From Candidatus Oxydemutatoraceae bacterium (lineage in GTDB: Bacteria > Pseudomonadota > Gammaproteobacteria > Poriferisulfidales > Oxydemutatoraceae), in NCBI GenBank assembly GCA_965218975.1, contig OZ244717.1, forward strand, positions 1,536,001-1,600,000: a stretch of 64,000 nucleotides of DNA, in the 5' to 3' direction. Made by a program: the position numbers and the translations under genes. The notes below the pieces were generated by a model. It saw only the letters and a list, made by a program, of their open reading frames with translations, ran no database searches and was not told the DNA's origin. This document shows, in pieces, positions 19,068 through 29,046 of the stretch; position 1 is the first letter of the stretch, and each line of letters starts with the position of its first letter.

Positions 19068-20855
19068 TTATCGCCGGCGTTTATGCGCAGGCAAGCGCTC
19101 GAGTATTCCTTTGACAACCGACTGAAGATCATCAAAGTGCTTAAAATGCTCTCGGGTTCCTTCTTTATGAATGTACTCGGCAAATTTTCTCTTGCCGTTC
19201 CTAAATGTGTTTTTACCAGAGTCTAAATATGGTCTTAGCGCATCCTCATCATACATGTTTTCAATACCCCTCGAGGCGATTGAGTTCTCACGTTTTGGAA
19301 ATGAAAACGCTGTTACATTTTGAGGGTTGCCTGCGTTGTCTTTAAAATTTTCGGCTGTCTCTTTGGCATCACAATCCCACACGATAAGAATATGCGAGTT
19401 TGTCTTTACCCTTGAAAGCAACTGACCGTAAACCTTTAGCTGGGAAGCACCCGTTATATCTCGAAGATTGTCAAGTATTGCCACTTCTTGCGGAAAATAC
19501 AGACTCGCCCACCTTTCCAGATGATGCGCATTATTGCCTTCAGTCAAAATTGTGATCGGAGCGGCATCAGATATTGCAATTTTTAGTCCTTTTTCAATGG
19601 TTGCGAGGCCCTCGGACAGTTCTTCTATTGCCTCGGACTTTGTTACACGACCGATCTTGAAATTGTTTTGGCTTCGGACAAGTCGAAAAATCTCATCTTC
19701 CTCACAAACAGCAACGGTCGTCACCGAATGAGTCGCCATGATCACCCGCATTCCGTCAAAACTTTTGAGGCCGGAAATCAAAGCGGAAATCATTGACGGA
19801 TGAAGCACGCAATCAACTTCATCAAGAAGCAAAAGCCTGGGTTGACAACACCCAATGCTTCTATTAAACGAAGTCAACAAAAGTGTCATCATAATTGTCT
19901 CCCCGGATGAAAGGGTTTCGGCAGAGTAGCTTTCGCCTGTTGCTCTATTTGTCAGCTTTGTGGCAAACGAATATGGGCCACGACGGAAAAAAGTGAGTTT
20001 GTCTTCTTCCGGATCAGAAAATTCAAAATTGAATAGCTCAGGATCACCGGAAGCTTCTCGCATTTGTTCTAGCTTCCTTCTTAAAACAATCCAGGGCGGT
20101 TGTGTCTCCTTTCGGTATCGAGCCATTAGCTGTTGAATACTCTCCTGACTTGTTTCTCCTTGTGTATGAGCCCAAGCGTGTTGTCCAACTTTATATCGCG
20201 TAAATATTTCATTTAGGCCATTAGCAATGGTTTCTCCGTCGTAACAATCGGCCCGCAGAATATCATCGCGGTTGATTTCGTGTGGGAACTTCCCGCTCAA
20301 TTGAATAGACAAAACGATCAGAGAAGCCGGGTCGTCTCTTGCAGAATTAGATTGCCGATTTTTTAGCGGCCGAATAACCCATTCATTTATTTGCTTAAAG
20401 TAAGTGGATAGCGCCTCGTTGCTGTGCTCTTGGGCATACTGGCTTGAGCCCCTGGGAATTCTAATCTCATTCTTTAGATTTTCCTCAAATTCGCGGCGCT
20501 CATCGGAGCCGTCTTTTAAGTCGAAATCTTTCAAAGTCTGCGCAAAAATATTCTTGGCGGATTCTACAAGCGGTAAACCACTACTTGGCGCAAGATATTT
20601 TTCTATTGCTCTCGCAGCAAAGGAAGGTCTCGCCCCGTCTACTTTGGGGGAGTCGTGTAATTTGAATGAATTAAGATTGTACAATTCAATTTCCGGATAG
20701 GTAATACCGGACACTGATATAAAACCTTTTTCTATTGCTTGAAGCAGCTGTGTTTTGCCAATGCCGTTGCGGCCAATCAGCAACGAGAAATCCGGTAAAT
20801 CAGCCCCGGCGAGGTTCTTTATAGAAAGATATTTGCGCTTGAATTCAAGCTGCAT
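19068..20855 (-). CDS. ABC-type ATPase fused to a TOPRIM domain (OLD / fused-PARIS-like nuclease)
   Basis: GRNGIGKT Walker A, LSSGE signature, LLLLDE Walker B, ATHS H-loop; C-terminal ILTEGNN, VWDCD and IENMY TOPRIM-type motifs. Confidence 0.75.
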   Translation of the reverse strand: MQLEFKRKYLSIKNLAGADLPDFSLLIGRNGIGKTQLLQAIEKGFISVSGITYPEIELYNLNSFKLHDSPKVDGARPSFAARAIEKYLAPSSGLPLVESAKNIFAQTLKDFDLKDGSDERREFEENLKNEIRIPRGSSQYAQEHSNEALSTYFKQINEWVIRPLKNRQSNSARDDPASLIVLSIQLSGKFPHEINRDDILRADCYDGETIANGLNEIFTRYKVGQHAWAHTQGETSQESIQQLMARYRKETQPPWIVLRRKLEQMREASGDPELFNFEFSDPEEDKLTFFRRGPYSFATKLTNRATGESYSAETLSSGETIMMTLLLTSFNRSIGCCQPRLLLLDEVDCVLHPSMISALISGLKSFDGMRVIMATHSVTTVAVCEEDEIFRLVRSQNNFKIGRVTKSEAIEELSEGLATIEKGLKIAISDAAPITILTEGNNAHHLERWASLYFPQEVAILDNLRDITGASQLKVYGQLLSRVKTNSHILIVWDCDAKETAENFKDNAGNPQNVTAFSFPKRENSIASRGIENMYDEDALRPYLDSGKNTFRNGKRKFAEYIHKEGTREHFKHFDDLQSVVKGILERLPAHKRRR

Positions 20856-20942
20856 TGCGTAACTCCGATAACCCTTTAGTCATTCCGTGCTTTTTGTTAG
20901 ATATGCTAAAAATTAGTTGCATTACGGATGCCGTTTCCCAAC

Positions 20943-21635
20943 TCATTCTTGGCTTTCCGCGTACGCTTGATGAAGCTTTCCGCCTTTCAAATGATAGACG
21001 CGGTCAAAACATTGTGCGAGTTCTAAGTCGTGAGTGGCTGTCAGTAAAGTCGTTCCGTCTTTGCGGTTCAGCTCCAACAAAATATCAGTAACTTTTACGG
21101 CAGTTTTTGCGTCAAGATTTCCGGTCGGTTCATCAGCGAATACATACTGCGGTTTAGCGATAAGCGCACGGCAAATCGCGACACGTTGTTGTTCGCCACC
21201 GGATAATTCGTCGGGTTTATGCTTTAACCGCTTGCCTAAGCCTACAATTTCAAGCAGTTCAATCGCGCGGGTCTCAGTCTGCCTTTGCCGTTCGCCGGCA
21301 ATCCAAATCGGCATCATTACATTTTCCAATAAAGTGAACTCGGCAAGCAAATGATAGAATTGATAAATAAATCCGACTTCTTTGCCGCGCCATCGGCATC
21401 GTGCATCCTCATGCATATCGCTGATAAGCTGTTGATTCGCAATAATTGTACCGGAATCAGGTAAATCTAAACCGGCAAGCAAATGCAGTAGTGTGCTTTT
21501 CCCGCTTCCGGAAGCACCGACAATGGCAAGCGTCTCTCCTCGCTCAACATTGAGATGCAAATCTTTTAATACGCTGATGCTTAGTTCGTCTTTGCCGTAC
21601 GATTTAACAACATTGCGGCACTCTATATATGCCAT
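20943..21635 (-). CDS. lolD: Lipoprotein-releasing ABC transporter ATPase LolD
   Basis: GASGSGKST, GFIYQFYHLL LolD motif, LSGGEQQR, ADEPTGNLD. Confidence 0.95.
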   Translation of the reverse strand: MAYIECRNVVKSYGKDELSISVLKDLHLNVERGETLAIVGASGSGKSTLLHLLAGLDLPDSGTIIANQQLISDMHEDARCRWRGKEVGFIYQFYHLLAEFTLLENVMMPIWIAGERQRQTETRAIELLEIVGLGKRLKHKPDELSGGEQQRVAICRALIAKPQYVFADEPTGNLDAKTAVKVTDILLELNRKDGTTLLTATHDLELAQCFDRVYHLKGGKLHQAYAESQE

Positions 21636-21636
21636 T

Positions 21637-22881
21637 CTATTCGTGCCTTAACGCTTCGGAAGGACGAATATTAGCGGCGTGCAGCGATGGATATAATGTC
21701 GCCAATGCGGTTAAAAGAAATGCTAAAGTAGCGGTAACGACGACATCGCCAAACAACAATTGCGACGGCACTTCGGTAATCGGGTACACATCCTGCGATA
21801 GAAATTTATGTCCGGTAATTCGTTCAATTCCGGCGACGATATTTTCAATGTTCAATGCCAGCGCAATGCCGCCGATTATGCCAAAACCAACACCGCCGAA
21901 ACCAATCAAACACCCTTGCGTCACGAAAATTCTCACGATGCGTGATGCAGTCATTCCCATCGTCTTAAGCACAGCAATATCAGCTTGTTTTTCAACAACT
22001 AGCATGATTAAGCTTGATACAATATTAAATGCTGCGACCGCAATAATTAAAGTCATAATAATCAGTAACAGTAGTTTCTCCATCTCCAGTGCGCGAAAAA
22101 AATTCTGATGACGTTTCGTCCAATCGCCGACCCAATAATCCATCCCAAGATTTTTTTGCAATTCACGACTAATTTCAGGGGCTTGAAACAAGTCTCTATA
22201 ACGTAATTGCACACCGCTGACCGCCTCACCAAGTCGAGAAATCTTTTGCGCGGAATTGATATGAAGCAATGCGATATTGCTATCATATTGCGGCATCCCC
22301 AGTTCAAAAATACCGCTGACAACCATCCGCTTAATCCTTGGCACCACACCTGCCGGAGTTTGCAAGACCTGCGAACTTAGTAATGTTACCTTATCGCCGA
22401 CTTGAACGCCCAAGCTACGCGCCAATGAGCGACCCAGAATCATTTGCCACTGACCGGCGCGTAAATCGTTCAATGAACCTTTGATCATATGTTGATTAAT
22501 TTGTGAAACTTCGGTTTCCAATTCGGGCTGTACCCCCCGTAAATAGGCGCCGTGGACTTTGCCTTCATGGGTCAGCATCGCTTGCGATTCAACGTACGGC
22601 GCATAAGCAATAATTTCAGTCTGCGCGTCAAACGACGTCTGCAAGCTTTGCCAGTTTCGTAAGTTTCCATCCAGCGCCTTTACCGTTCCATGGGCAGTGA
22701 AATCAAGAATCTTTGTTTGAATCTCATGCTTAAAACCATTCATCACGGATAGCACGGTGATAATAACAGTCACCCCCAGAGCGATGCCGATCATTGAAAT
22801 TAAAGTGATAAACGAAATAAAGTGATTACGCTTTTTTGCGCGTATATAGCGTAAACCGATACTGTATTCAATCCATTGCAT
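21637..22881 (-). CDS. lolE: Lipoprotein-releasing ABC transporter permease LolC/E
   Basis: IGLRYIRAKKRNHFISFI, VLSVMNGF, ATLYPS...P.EALRHE; only one permease gene present. Confidence 0.9.
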   Translation of the reverse strand: MQWIEYSIGLRYIRAKKRNHFISFITLISMIGIALGVTVIITVLSVMNGFKHEIQTKILDFTAHGTVKALDGNLRNWQSLQTSFDAQTEIIAYAPYVESQAMLTHEGKVHGAYLRGVQPELETEVSQINQHMIKGSLNDLRAGQWQMILGRSLARSLGVQVGDKVTLLSSQVLQTPAGVVPRIKRMVVSGIFELGMPQYDSNIALLHINSAQKISRLGEAVSGVQLRYRDLFQAPEISRELQKNLGMDYWVGDWTKRHQNFFRALEMEKLLLLIIMTLIIAVAAFNIVSSLIMLVVEKQADIAVLKTMGMTASRIVRIFVTQGCLIGFGGVGFGIIGGIALALNIENIVAGIERITGHKFLSQDVYPITEVPSQLLFGDVVVTATLAFLLTALATLYPSLHAANIRPSEALRHE

Positions 22882-22889
22882 TTTATATT

Positions 22890-24131
22890 TTACTGCTTCA
22901 CAATCTCCGTGATACGCACTGTCACAGGAATTACCTGCTGCGTATCTGTCAGCGATATGGCCCCGCTGCGTCCAACCAAATCCCCCGGTTGCTGTTTTGC
23001 TTGCCCCGATTTAGATACCCGCGCAAAAACTTGAACTTGCGGGAAGCTGCTTAATAACATATTAGGAAGCATTGCATCGGCATCGCTGAAAGTGAAAGTA
23101 TGCGGCAAGTCGGCAACTATCAGCCGCTTTACCGCAAGCGGCATCGGCGGTCCGTCTACAGCGCGCGCATAAACGAATACGCTGTCCTGATCCACGGCTT
23201 GTTTGACGATTTTCGGATCAAGGTTAACGCTAATTTCAAGTACAGGATTGGTAATACCGTTCGTTGTTTGTTCTGCCTTTTGCAGTAAGCTTTGCTTTGC
23301 TGCGGAAGCAGTAGTTGCGGACAGCTTATCCGCATGTTCTTTTGCTCGCTCAATCATACTCAGCAATTCGTTGCGCCATTTACCCTGCATTTCATCGCCC
23401 GCAAGCGCATATAAGGTTTCCCAACGCTTGATTGCCGCCTGATAAGTTCCTTGATTAAATTCCAGCGTTCCATATAAAAACAATGCAATTCTGTTATCGG
23501 GTGAATTCAGTATGATTCTTTCCAATAACGAACGCGCTTTTTCAGGATTGCTGTCCGCAAGAAGCAATGTTTCAACATACTCAATTAACTGATCGTCGGT
23601 GCGTAGCACATTGAGGCGCTCCAATTCGGCATAAGCCTTTACCGCTTCATCGTGCTGATTAAGCGCTTTATACGCTTCAACCAATAGCATCCAGGCGGTT
23701 ACGTCATCGGGATTTTGTTCTAATTCAAGCTTGCTTTGCGTAATAGTATTGTGGAGGCTTTCAACACCTTTTTGTATTTCTTGCATGGTGATCATCATCT
23801 CGTAACCGTTTGACCGTGCAAGATAAGCGCCGATACTGGCAGCGACAACGAAGATAGTGATCATAAAAGCGCCGATAAGATGTCGTTTGACGGACGGCGG
23901 CGAAAGATCATCCGAAAATTTTTGCACTGTACTTAGCGCCTGCTTCGCTTGCATGTATTCCTGCTCGCTGATAAGCTGCAAATTCCTTTCCTGGCTCAAC
24001 TCTAATAAATAATAATCATATAACTTATCAGATCTGCCTTTTTGCGGATGCGCTTTACCTAGCGATAATAACGGACGTGCCAATAGATAAATAACCGGGA
24101 AAAACAACAATGCCGTAATAAGCCAAAACAT
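22890..24131 (-). CDS. ccmI: Cytochrome c biogenesis protein CcmI/CycH
   Basis: Two N-terminal TM segments, TPR region, C-terminal GPPMPLAV...ARVSKSG..QPGDL domain; last gene of the ccm operon. Confidence 0.85.
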   Translation of the reverse strand: MFWLITALLFFPVIYLLARPLLSLGKAHPQKGRSDKLYDYYLLELSQERNLQLISEQEYMQAKQALSTVQKFSDDLSPPSVKRHLIGAFMITIFVVAASIGAYLARSNGYEMMITMQEIQKGVESLHNTITQSKLELEQNPDDVTAWMLLVEAYKALNQHDEAVKAYAELERLNVLRTDDQLIEYVETLLLADSNPEKARSLLERIILNSPDNRIALFLYGTLEFNQGTYQAAIKRWETLYALAGDEMQGKWRNELLSMIERAKEHADKLSATTASAAKQSLLQKAEQTTNGITNPVLEISVNLDPKIVKQAVDQDSVFVYARAVDGPPMPLAVKRLIVADLPHTFTFSDADAMLPNMLLSSFPQVQVFARVSKSGQAKQQPGDLVGRSGAISLTDTQQVIPVTVRITEIVKQ

Positions 24132-24527
24132 TTATTTGCTATCCCGATTGAATCTCCGAAGATATAAAAATACTCCGCTCAAAATAGCGAATAATGTCAG
24201 AAAAGGTGCAAACCAAAGTAAAGCGGTAGTTAATTTTAACGGCGGGCGATAACGCACAAAGTCACCATAACGGTCGGTTAAAAACATGTAAATTTCCTTG
24301 TCAGGGGTGTTGGCACGCACCATTTTTAACACGACTGTACGTAAATCACCGGCAAGTTCCGCATTGGAATCCGCCAACGATTGATTTTGACAGACTAAAC
24401 AACGCAATTCCTTGAGCAGGGTTTGATAACGCATCAATTGTTCCGGACTTAAGTCTTGCGGCGCAAAATTGGCATGGCTAACGCTTAAAATGCTAACGAT
24501 TAGAACCAATGCTATTTTTTTAACCAC
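24132..24527 (-). CDS. ccmH: Cytochrome c biogenesis protein CcmH
   Basis: LRCLVCQNQSLADSNA, RYGDFVRYRPP. Confidence 0.95.
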   Translation of the reverse strand: MVKKIALVLIVSILSVSHANFAPQDLSPEQLMRYQTLLKELRCLVCQNQSLADSNAELAGDLRTVVLKMVRANTPDKEIYMFLTDRYGDFVRYRPPLKLTTALLWFAPFLTLFAILSGVFLYLRRFNRDSK

Positions 24528-25065
24528 TACCCTGCCCCTGCAGTTTTCGAATCAACGGTAAGATTACCGTGTCAATGTCTTCAGGGGTAATCGGTCCGAT
24601 ATGTTTGTATTGAATGATTCCCCGCGCATCCAACACATACGTTTCAGGAACGCCATACACCCCCCAATCAATTCCAATCTCTCCGCTAAGATCATGCACA
24701 ATGCTCTGATACGGACTCCCTTCGTTTATCAGCCACTTTATCGCATCTTCCCGTTCATCTTTATAATTAATCGCATGCAATGGAAATTGTTCAAGTTCGG
24801 CCAAACGCATCAATAACGGATGTTCATCCAAACATGCGATGCACCAGCTCGCCCAAATATTAACCAACCCCGGCGTTCCGACCCAATCCAAGTGTCTGAT
24901 CGTCTGTTCAGGTTCAATCAATGCCAACCCGGCAAAGCTCGGCATCGGCTTGCCGATCAAAGGAGATTTAATCTGTTCAGGATTGAGATTTAAACCGATT
25001 GCCAAGAAAATTGATAACGCGACAAAAATTAAAAATGGCGATAAAAAACGCATAGCATTTTGCAA
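24520..25065 (-). CDS. ccmG: Thiol:disulfide interchange protein CcmG/DsbE
   Basis: SPLIGKP, WASWCIAC, GVYGVPET. Confidence 0.95.
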   Translation of the reverse strand: MQNAMRFLSPFLIFVALSIFLAIGLNLNPEQIKSPLIGKPMPSFAGLALIEPEQTIRHLDWVGTPGLVNIWASWCIACLDEHPLLMRLAELEQFPLHAINYKDEREDAIKWLINEGSPYQSIVHDLSGEIGIDWGVYGVPETYVLDARGIIQYKHIGPITPEDIDTVILPLIRKLQGQGSG

Positions 25066-25073
25066 CCGTCGGA

Positions 25074-27020
25074 TTATTTTGCCAAAGCAGCTCGAATCAG
25101 CTCGCGGCGTCGCGCCCGCAAGCGATAGCGCCGGTCAAAAGCCGCCGAAATACCTCCTATCGCCATGAGTAACGCGCCTAGCCAAATCCATCGTACCATC
25201 GGGCGATAATAAACCCGCATCCCCCACATGCCATTGGGAACCTTCTCTCCCAACGCGACATACAGATCGCGTAGAAAATGAATATCAATTGCCACCTCAG
25301 TCATCGGGTTTGTTTGCACTTGATATACACGTTTCTGCGGATGCAAAACTGCAATCTGATTACCATCCTTCAGCACTTCGATCATTGCCTGTTCCGCCGA
25401 ATAATTGGCGTCTTCTACTGTTTCAACTCCTTTAAAGATAAAGTCATATCCTCTAACTGTTACTTGCACGCCTTCTTCCATTAAAACTTCGCGCTCAACG
25501 CTATAAACACTGGTCAGCGTAACGCCTAAAGTAAAAACTCCGATTCCAATATGGGCAAATGTCATACCGATAAAACCGCCGGTCAAGCTCTGTGCTGCTG
25601 TCATCCGTCGAATCAGATGGACAAGGCTAACAAGAATCACCCAGCTGCCGGCGGTGATACCGACTGTTGCGATAAGGCTCCACTGACCATAGCCTAACAG
25701 CGGCACAAGGATGCCTATAGCCAATGCAACCGGAAGAATGCCCCGAATCATCCGGCTGATTCTCTCCGTTGTCGCTTGTTGCCATTGTAAAAACGGCCCG
25801 AGACCCGCTAAAAAAACTAGCGGCAAAGTAAGCGGCACAAATACCGTGTTGAAGTACGGAGGACCGACAGAAATTTTTCCCAAATCCAATACTTCCATAA
25901 ACAACGGGTAGAGCGTCGCAATTAAAATTGATAAAGCGCTGGTTAATAAAATGACGTTATTAATTAATAAAAAACTCTCGCGCGAGAAAATGCCGAATCT
26001 GTTTTGGCTGTGTATCATCGGTGCACGCCAAGCATACAGTATCAACGAAATGCCGGTTACAATACCTAGAAATAGTAGGATGAAAACTCCGCGAGCGGGG
26101 TCGGAGGCAAATGCGTGTACTGATATTAGCACTCCCGAACGCACTAAAAACGTGCCGAGCAAGCTCAAAGAAAAAGTGAGCAATGCAAGCAAAACCGCCC
26201 AACTTTTGAATGCATTACGCTTTTCCGCAATGATTAGCGAATGAATCAATGCAGTTCCGACTAACCACGGCATAAACGAAGCATTCTCGACGGGGTCCCA
26301 AAACCACCATCCCCCCCAGCCTAGTTCGTGATATGCCCACCAGCTGCCTAATGCAATTCCGGCGGTCAAGAAAGTCCATGCCATCAATGTCCATGGGCGC
26401 GAACGACGTGCCCACAGCATATCAAGCCGCCCGCTGATCAACGAAGCGACAGCAAAAGCAAATGCGACTGAAAAACCGACATAGCCGATGTACAACAATG
26501 GCGGATGAATGATGAGCCCGAAATCTTGCAGTAACGGATTCAAATCGCGACCATCAAACGGGATTGGGAAAACTCGATCAAACGGATTGGAAGTTATGAT
26601 AGTAAATAGTAAAAAACCGGCACTGATAAAACCCATGACCGCAATGACTCGGGCGCTAAATTGTGCCGGCAAATCAGTATTGAAAATGGTGACCGCCAGC
26701 GTCCATGCTGCAAGAATCAATATCCATAATAGCAAGGAGCCTTCATGCGCGCCCCAAACAGCCGACAATTTATAGTATAGCGGCAATGCCGAATTAGAAT
26801 TAGCCGCTACATAGCGAACACTGAAATCATCGGTGACAAATGCGTAACTAAGACAAGCGTATGCGACCAGCACAAGTAACGCTTGTGCTTGCGCGGCTGC
26901 CGGCGCGAAGCGTAACAAACTGCCGATGTGCATTTGCGCACCGATTAACGGGAGAACGGTTTGCAGTATCGTCACCATTAGCGCGCTCACTAATGCAAAA
27001 TGTCCTAATTCAACGATCAT
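25074..27020 (-). CDS. ccmF: Heme lyase CcmF
   Basis: WGAHEGS, HPPLLY, WGGWWFWDPVENASF, SVHAFA. Confidence 0.97.
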   Translation of the reverse strand: MIVELGHFALVSALMVTILQTVLPLIGAQMHIGSLLRFAPAAAQAQALLVLVAYACLSYAFVTDDFSVRYVAANSNSALPLYYKLSAVWGAHEGSLLLWILILAAWTLAVTIFNTDLPAQFSARVIAVMGFISAGFLLFTIITSNPFDRVFPIPFDGRDLNPLLQDFGLIIHPPLLYIGYVGFSVAFAFAVASLISGRLDMLWARRSRPWTLMAWTFLTAGIALGSWWAYHELGWGGWWFWDPVENASFMPWLVGTALIHSLIIAEKRNAFKSWAVLLALLTFSLSLLGTFLVRSGVLISVHAFASDPARGVFILLFLGIVTGISLILYAWRAPMIHSQNRFGIFSRESFLLINNVILLTSALSILIATLYPLFMEVLDLGKISVGPPYFNTVFVPLTLPLVFLAGLGPFLQWQQATTERISRMIRGILPVALAIGILVPLLGYGQWSLIATVGITAGSWVILVSLVHLIRRMTAAQSLTGGFIGMTFAHIGIGVFTLGVTLTSVYSVEREVLMEEGVQVTVRGYDFIFKGVETVEDANYSAEQAMIEVLKDGNQIAVLHPQKRVYQVQTNPMTEVAIDIHFLRDLYVALGEKVPNGMWGMRVYYRPMVRWIWLGALLMAIGGISAAFDRRYRLRARRRELIRAALAK

Positions 27021-27469
27021 GGCGTGCGTTTGATACCGATCGGTTGCATTGGAGTTCCTGTCTGCCGTAACGCTTCGGCAACCTCAGGGGGCATGTAATT
27101 TTCATCGTGTTTTGCCAATACCCGCTTAGCAACGAATACTCTGGCATCATTCATCGTGCCGGTGGCGATAATCCCCTGTCCTTCATGAAACAAATCAGGC
27201 AATAAACCCTTGTAGTCAATCGAAATCGTATTCATGGTATCGGTAATATCAAACTGCACTCGTGTTCCTTCATATTGAACACTGCCGACAACAACTATAC
27301 CGCCAATATTAAAATCACGCCGAATGGGATTATTCTCCGTCACCTGACTGGGAGTGTAAAAATATAGCAAATTCTGCTCGAATGAATATAAGATCAAAGC
27401 AGTCGCGCTACCGAATGCAACCACCAATAATGCGACAAACATCAAGCGTTGTTTACGTCGTCGTATCAT
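27017..27469 (-). CDS. ccmE: Heme chaperone CcmE
   Basis: LPDLFHEGQG, VLAKHDENYMPPE. Confidence 0.96.
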   Translation of the reverse strand: MIRRRKQRLMFVALLVVAFGSATALILYSFEQNLLYFYTPSQVTENNPIRRDFNIGGIVVVGSVQYEGTRVQFDITDTMNTISIDYKGLLPDLFHEGQGIIATGTMNDARVFVAKRVLAKHDENYMPPEVAEALRQTGTPMQPIGIKRTP

Positions 27470-27475
27470 AATGAA

Positions 27476-27619
27476 TCAACCGTCAAGTATTCCATATTGA
27501 TTTGCCTGCCGACGATGTCGGCGCAAAGGTATCCAAATATTGAGCAACAGCACTAACACTCCCAACGCATAGGATAACCAAACATAAACGCCATAGCCTC
27601 CCATTGCCAACCATTCCAT
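27476..27619 (-). CDS. ccmD: Heme exporter protein CcmD (47 aa, below ORF-track cutoff)
   Basis: Manual translation MEWLAMGGYGVYVWLSYALGVLVLLLNIWIPLRRHRRQANQYGILDG*; MGGYxxYVW motif; TGATG coupling to ccmC. Confidence 0.9.
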   Translation of the reverse strand: MEWLAMGGYGVYVWLSYALGVLVLLLNIWIPLRRHRRQANQYGILDG

Positions 27620-28347
27620 CATTGCATTTTTCTCAACCAAAGACGGTCTTTTTCACGAATCAAGATGGCACCGCATAATCGCGCTAGAAATGCCGTCAGG
27701 TAATGCAGAATAAAAACCACCGACATAAATAACAACGGAAACAACATGCTCGGATGTGCCGCCGGTGCATCAAAACGCGTCACTGTCGGTCCCTGGTGTA
27801 ACGTGCTCCACCATTCGACCGAATAATGAATAATCGGCACATTTACAACGCCCACTATACTTAGCAATGCTGCGGCACGTGCCGCCTTGTGCGGGTCAGG
27901 AATGGATGCATGTAATGCAATTACTCCAAAATATAAGAACAACAAAATCAATTCCGAAGTCAAACGCGCATCCCATACCCAATATGTTCCCCACATCGGT
28001 TTCCCCCACAGCATCCCGGTAACCAAAGCAAGCGCAGCAAACGATGCGCCTATAGGAGCGCTTTCCACACAAATCAACTCAGAAACTTTAGTCCGCCAAA
28101 CTAATGCGATTGCGCCGCTGACCGCCATTGTGACGTAGATAAGTAATGACATCCACGCTGCCGGCACATGAATATAGATAATTCGGTAGGCCTCACCTTG
28201 CTGATAATCAGGCGGGGCGATAACTAGTCCCCAAACAATACCGATGCTTACTCCTAGCACAGTCAGCCCAATGAGCCATGGCAGAGCCTTAACCGACCGC
28301 TTGTAACATTTCTCTAAGGACAAAAATTCCTTAATTATTAATAGCAT
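27619..28347 (-). CDS. ccmC: Heme exporter CcmC
   Basis: IYIHVPAAW, WGKPMWGTYWVWDARLT, WWSTLHQ. Confidence 0.96.
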   Translation of the reverse strand: MLLIIKEFLSLEKCYKRSVKALPWLIGLTVLGVSIGIVWGLVIAPPDYQQGEAYRIIYIHVPAAWMSLLIYVTMAVSGAIALVWRTKVSELICVESAPIGASFAALALVTGMLWGKPMWGTYWVWDARLTSELILLFLYFGVIALHASIPDPHKAARAAALLSIVGVVNVPIIHYSVEWWSTLHQGPTVTRFDAPAAHPSMLFPLLFMSVVFILHYLTAFLARLCGAILIREKDRLWLRKMQ

Positions 28348-28377
28348 GACTAATATAACTTAAAATTAGATTAAAGT

Positions 28378-29046
28378 TTAATCCAAGACGACTCTTAAAG
28401 CGGCAGCGGCACAAATCGGCGCCAGAACCGATGCTAATATTAGCATAGCGCCTAACAAAGCGAAGTACCCGGAAATTGGCAACCCAAGGACCGCTGCCTC
28501 GCTTAATTGCGTGCCAAAAATCAACGGCGGCAAGTATAGCGGTAGCACCAATAACCCGGTCAGCATGCTTCCCTGCCGTAATGGCACGGTTAAAGCCGCA
28601 CCGATTGCTCCAATCAACGTGATAGTGAGTGTCCCCATCAGCAAAGCCAATATCAATACGGGAATTGCGGTCGACGGCAAAAATAAGAGTCCCGCATATA
28701 AACCGGCAACAATGGCTAAAGGTACACCGTTGATCAACCAATGCGAAATTACTTTGGCAAATAACAGCAGCCCTAACGGTTGTGGCACTAATAGCAGCTG
28801 TTCAAGCGAACCATTTTCATAGTCAGGGTGTAAAAATCGTTCTAACGACAAAAAGCCCGATAATAAAGTGGCAATCCAGACTACGCTCGGACCGAATTGA
28901 AGAATTTTTTGCGGGTCTGCTGCCATTGATAGCGGAAACAAAATAGTGACCACTGTGAAAAATAGCAAAGGCTCAATCCAACCGCTGCGTCGATGCAACA
29001 CACCGGCAGCATCACGCCTTATGATCGCTGCAATTGATTGAAACAT
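28378..29046 (-). CDS. ccmB: Heme exporter CcmB
   Basis: DYENGSLEQLLL, LLVLPLYLPPLIFG. Confidence 0.95.
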   Translation of the reverse strand: MFQSIAAIIRRDAAGVLHRRSGWIEPLLFFTVVTILFPLSMAADPQKILQFGPSVVWIATLLSGFLSLERFLHPDYENGSLEQLLLVPQPLGLLLFAKVISHWLINGVPLAIVAGLYAGLLFLPSTAIPVLILALLMGTLTITLIGAIGAALTVPLRQGSMLTGLLVLPLYLPPLIFGTQLSEAAVLGLPISGYFALLGAMLILASVLAPICAAAALRVVLD

